Shown: positions 61,763-64,000 of the stretch, piece by piece
Numbering within the stretch: the first letter of the stretch is position 1
How the letters are laid out: each line of letters begins with the position of its first letter
Source of the DNA: Octopus bimaculoides
Lineage: Eukaryota
Direction of reading: 5' to 3'
NCBI RefSeq assembly: GCF_001194135.2
Contig: NC_068987.1
Coordinates: forward strand, 54,274,530-54,338,529
Length of the DNA: 64,000 nt
Program-made: the position numbers and the translations under genes
Notes under the pieces: generated by a model
Seen by the model: the letters and a program-made list of their open reading frames with translations, nothing else
Databases searched by the model: none
What the model was told of the DNA's origin: nothing

Positions 61763-63726
61763 TGTATTTTCCCTTATATTAATTTTCACTCCGAAATGAT
61801 GCACTAGGGCTTATTTTCAGGGGAGTTCATATATTTTTCATGTACCGGAAAACAACATTGCAAAATTACTAAATAAACAGAAATTATGAAAAATGATTTA
61901 TATTTACTTGACAATTTATTACGACAGAAATTTATTAAACAGAAATTACGAAGAACGATCAACATTTACTTGACAATTTACATGTTTTTTTTTTACTCAT
62001 AAAAACAATTTATTCAATAACAGTCATGTCATCATCTTCTGAAATGTCATTGTTCTGCAAATCACCAGATTCCAAAATTTCTGTGGAATTTTTGTGTGAC
62101 TCCATTTCCTGCAGAATTTTCGTTCCCTATCTCTCATGTTGAGCAATAAAGGTCTCATTGAATGAGAAGTTCTTGTACAAGTAGCCTGCTTGTAGAGCAT
62201 TGGCAACACAGCTGTCAGTAATTTTGTTCCATGAATTTATCACCCAAGTCATGATCTCTTGCAGGCTGGGTTTCACAAAATTCCCATGCTGATTTCTCAC
62301 AATTCTGTTTTCAGTGTAGTCATTGATTTCCATGCATAACTGGTCCTGGAATTGTTTATTTATTGCAATGTCAAGAATCTGAAGATAGGCAGTCATTCTT
62401 GTGGGAATCTATTCTTTCTGCAAGGAAGTTCTCCGTGTCTTTTGCATGCTGCATGCTGGCTGAAAACCAGACTATCAAACCTCTTTGACCTCCTCACAAA
62501 ATAAGTGGCAGCATGAAATCAATCCACTTCCCTAAAACTGCCTGTGTGCATGCCTTTTCAGTTTCCAGAACACAAATGCCTGAAATGCATTTAATTTTAT
62601 CCTTCCTACTTTTAGTGATGATTAGAGCTGGGGGCGTTACTTCCATTAATACGAATTGCCAAAATACATGTAACTTGTGCACTTTCATAACCAGAAGAGG
62701 AAATGTAGATTGATGACGCACCCCTTTGATCAATTGTTGATTGAAATTCTTGACTCATGAACACTGCAGTGACATCTGTAGCAATAATGTTGGAGAGACG
62801 GTATTTAGAAAAGTCTGTCCCATCAACAAAGGACTTAAATGCAACTGCACGTTTAATAGTCTCCATATCTTCCAGTTTGAACAGTGTTGTCGACCTTCTC
62901 AGAGAAAGGTCATGTCACTGAAGGAAACTATCCAGCCAGTGTTGTGATGCTTTGCATTCTTATGGAAATATATCAAACTGGTGCATTTGCAAGGACAAAT
63001 GCTTGAATATCAGTCTTGCGAACAACCAAAGCCTTTGCTCTCCTGTCAGCAACTTATTCACAGATGACATCTTCCAGCTCAGAAAATAGTGGTTGCTGAC
63101 CTGATCCACACTTGCATTTCTTTGCATTTCCCTTGTCCACTTGTTGACTGAGTTTACTGTAGTCTACTCACCATTTTCAAACCATTCAGATCTAAATTCC
63201 TTTTCTTTGCAGAAAACAATAAGATTCTTTCCCTGTGATTCCTCCACAATTCCTTTCTTGTACTCAATGGAATAACTCTTTCTTCTTGCATTCATCTTGT
63301 ACTGGGGTGAAAATGACATGACAAATGATTTGCCATTCAATTTCATCATATTTTCTGAGAGATTTTGCCCTGAAAGAAAATGTGTACTTTTTTGTTTTTT
63401 GCATCTACTGTCCAGTACTGACCACTGATGAAAATGTTACGTGACACATTTGAAGCTCCAAACATGGGCTGTTGATTAATGTATAGCTTGTTAATATTTG
63501 AGTTACAAAAGAAACACTAGGATAGATTTTGTGATGTCGCTATTTTAGCCGGCAAAAAGATATTTTGAACAGTGTATACACCGCAACAAAGCAGTTTCAA
63601 TCAATATGAAGAGGCTACTTATTTCTTTTGTCTGTCTACTGCTCTCAATTAGGGCTTATTTTAAGGGAAGGTCTTATATTAAAATCATCCTGAAAAATAA
63701 TACTAGGTCTTATTTTCTGAACACAC
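61762..63726 (-). mobile_element. pogo-family (POGK-like) transposon, decayed
   Basis: RRKSYSIEYKKGIV (Brinker-type DBD), D.TAVF and LQILDIAINKQF fragments. Repeated subterminal TAGG(G/T)CTTATTTT motifs at both ends. Exact termini uncertain. Confidence 0.8.
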
Positions 63727-64000
63727 TATTCCTATGGAAGGTATAATTTGTAATCTTCAAAACATATGATGGAAATAAAAGTATTCAGTTAAAATATGCG
63801 TTTTACTCCATTTACTAAATTTATATTTACTCAAGTACCCAAAATTACATGGAGTTTCTACCTCATAAACAGGAGTTACACCACAGTCGTTTTGTGATCT
63901 TTGCTACCCTAGTATCTATTCACCAATTTATTTTGTCCGAGTTAATTATTAACTAGGAGAAAATAAATACATATAATAAAATATATATATATATATATAT

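Overview
Repeat-dense, AT-rich metazoan scaffold DNA, most likely Octopus or a related coleoid cephalopod (inferred from the SINE, RTE and microsatellite landscape, not from a database match). The main feature is a complete 9-exon TRDMT1/DNMT2 tRNA-Asp C38 methyltransferase gene on + (7140-55957). Its CDS is 1257 nt (418 aa), all introns are GT-AG with consistent phases, and C5-MTase motifs I, IV, VI, VIII, CFT, IX and X are intact. It lies head-to-head with an unlisted, stop-free ORF of at least 403 codons on - (1210 to beyond position 1). The ORF track missed this ORF because it runs off the window. The introns hold decayed Tc1, mariner, Tigger and pogo elements, piggyBac-, hAT- and mariner-type MITEs, tRNA-derived SINEs, and RTE, CR1 and Tx1-like LINE fragments. 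Top oddities: a 128-bp-arm, 97%-identical foldback just after exon 7; a 50-bp inverted templated insertion at a short palindrome; piggyBac-like MITEs next to three splice acceptors; an RT-less Tx1-like LINE in the promoter zone; and a CpG-decay contrast that looks like fossil gene-body methylation. I found no CRISPR array, rRNA gene or true tRNA gene. Repeat boundaries are approximate unless a TIR or TSD is cited.
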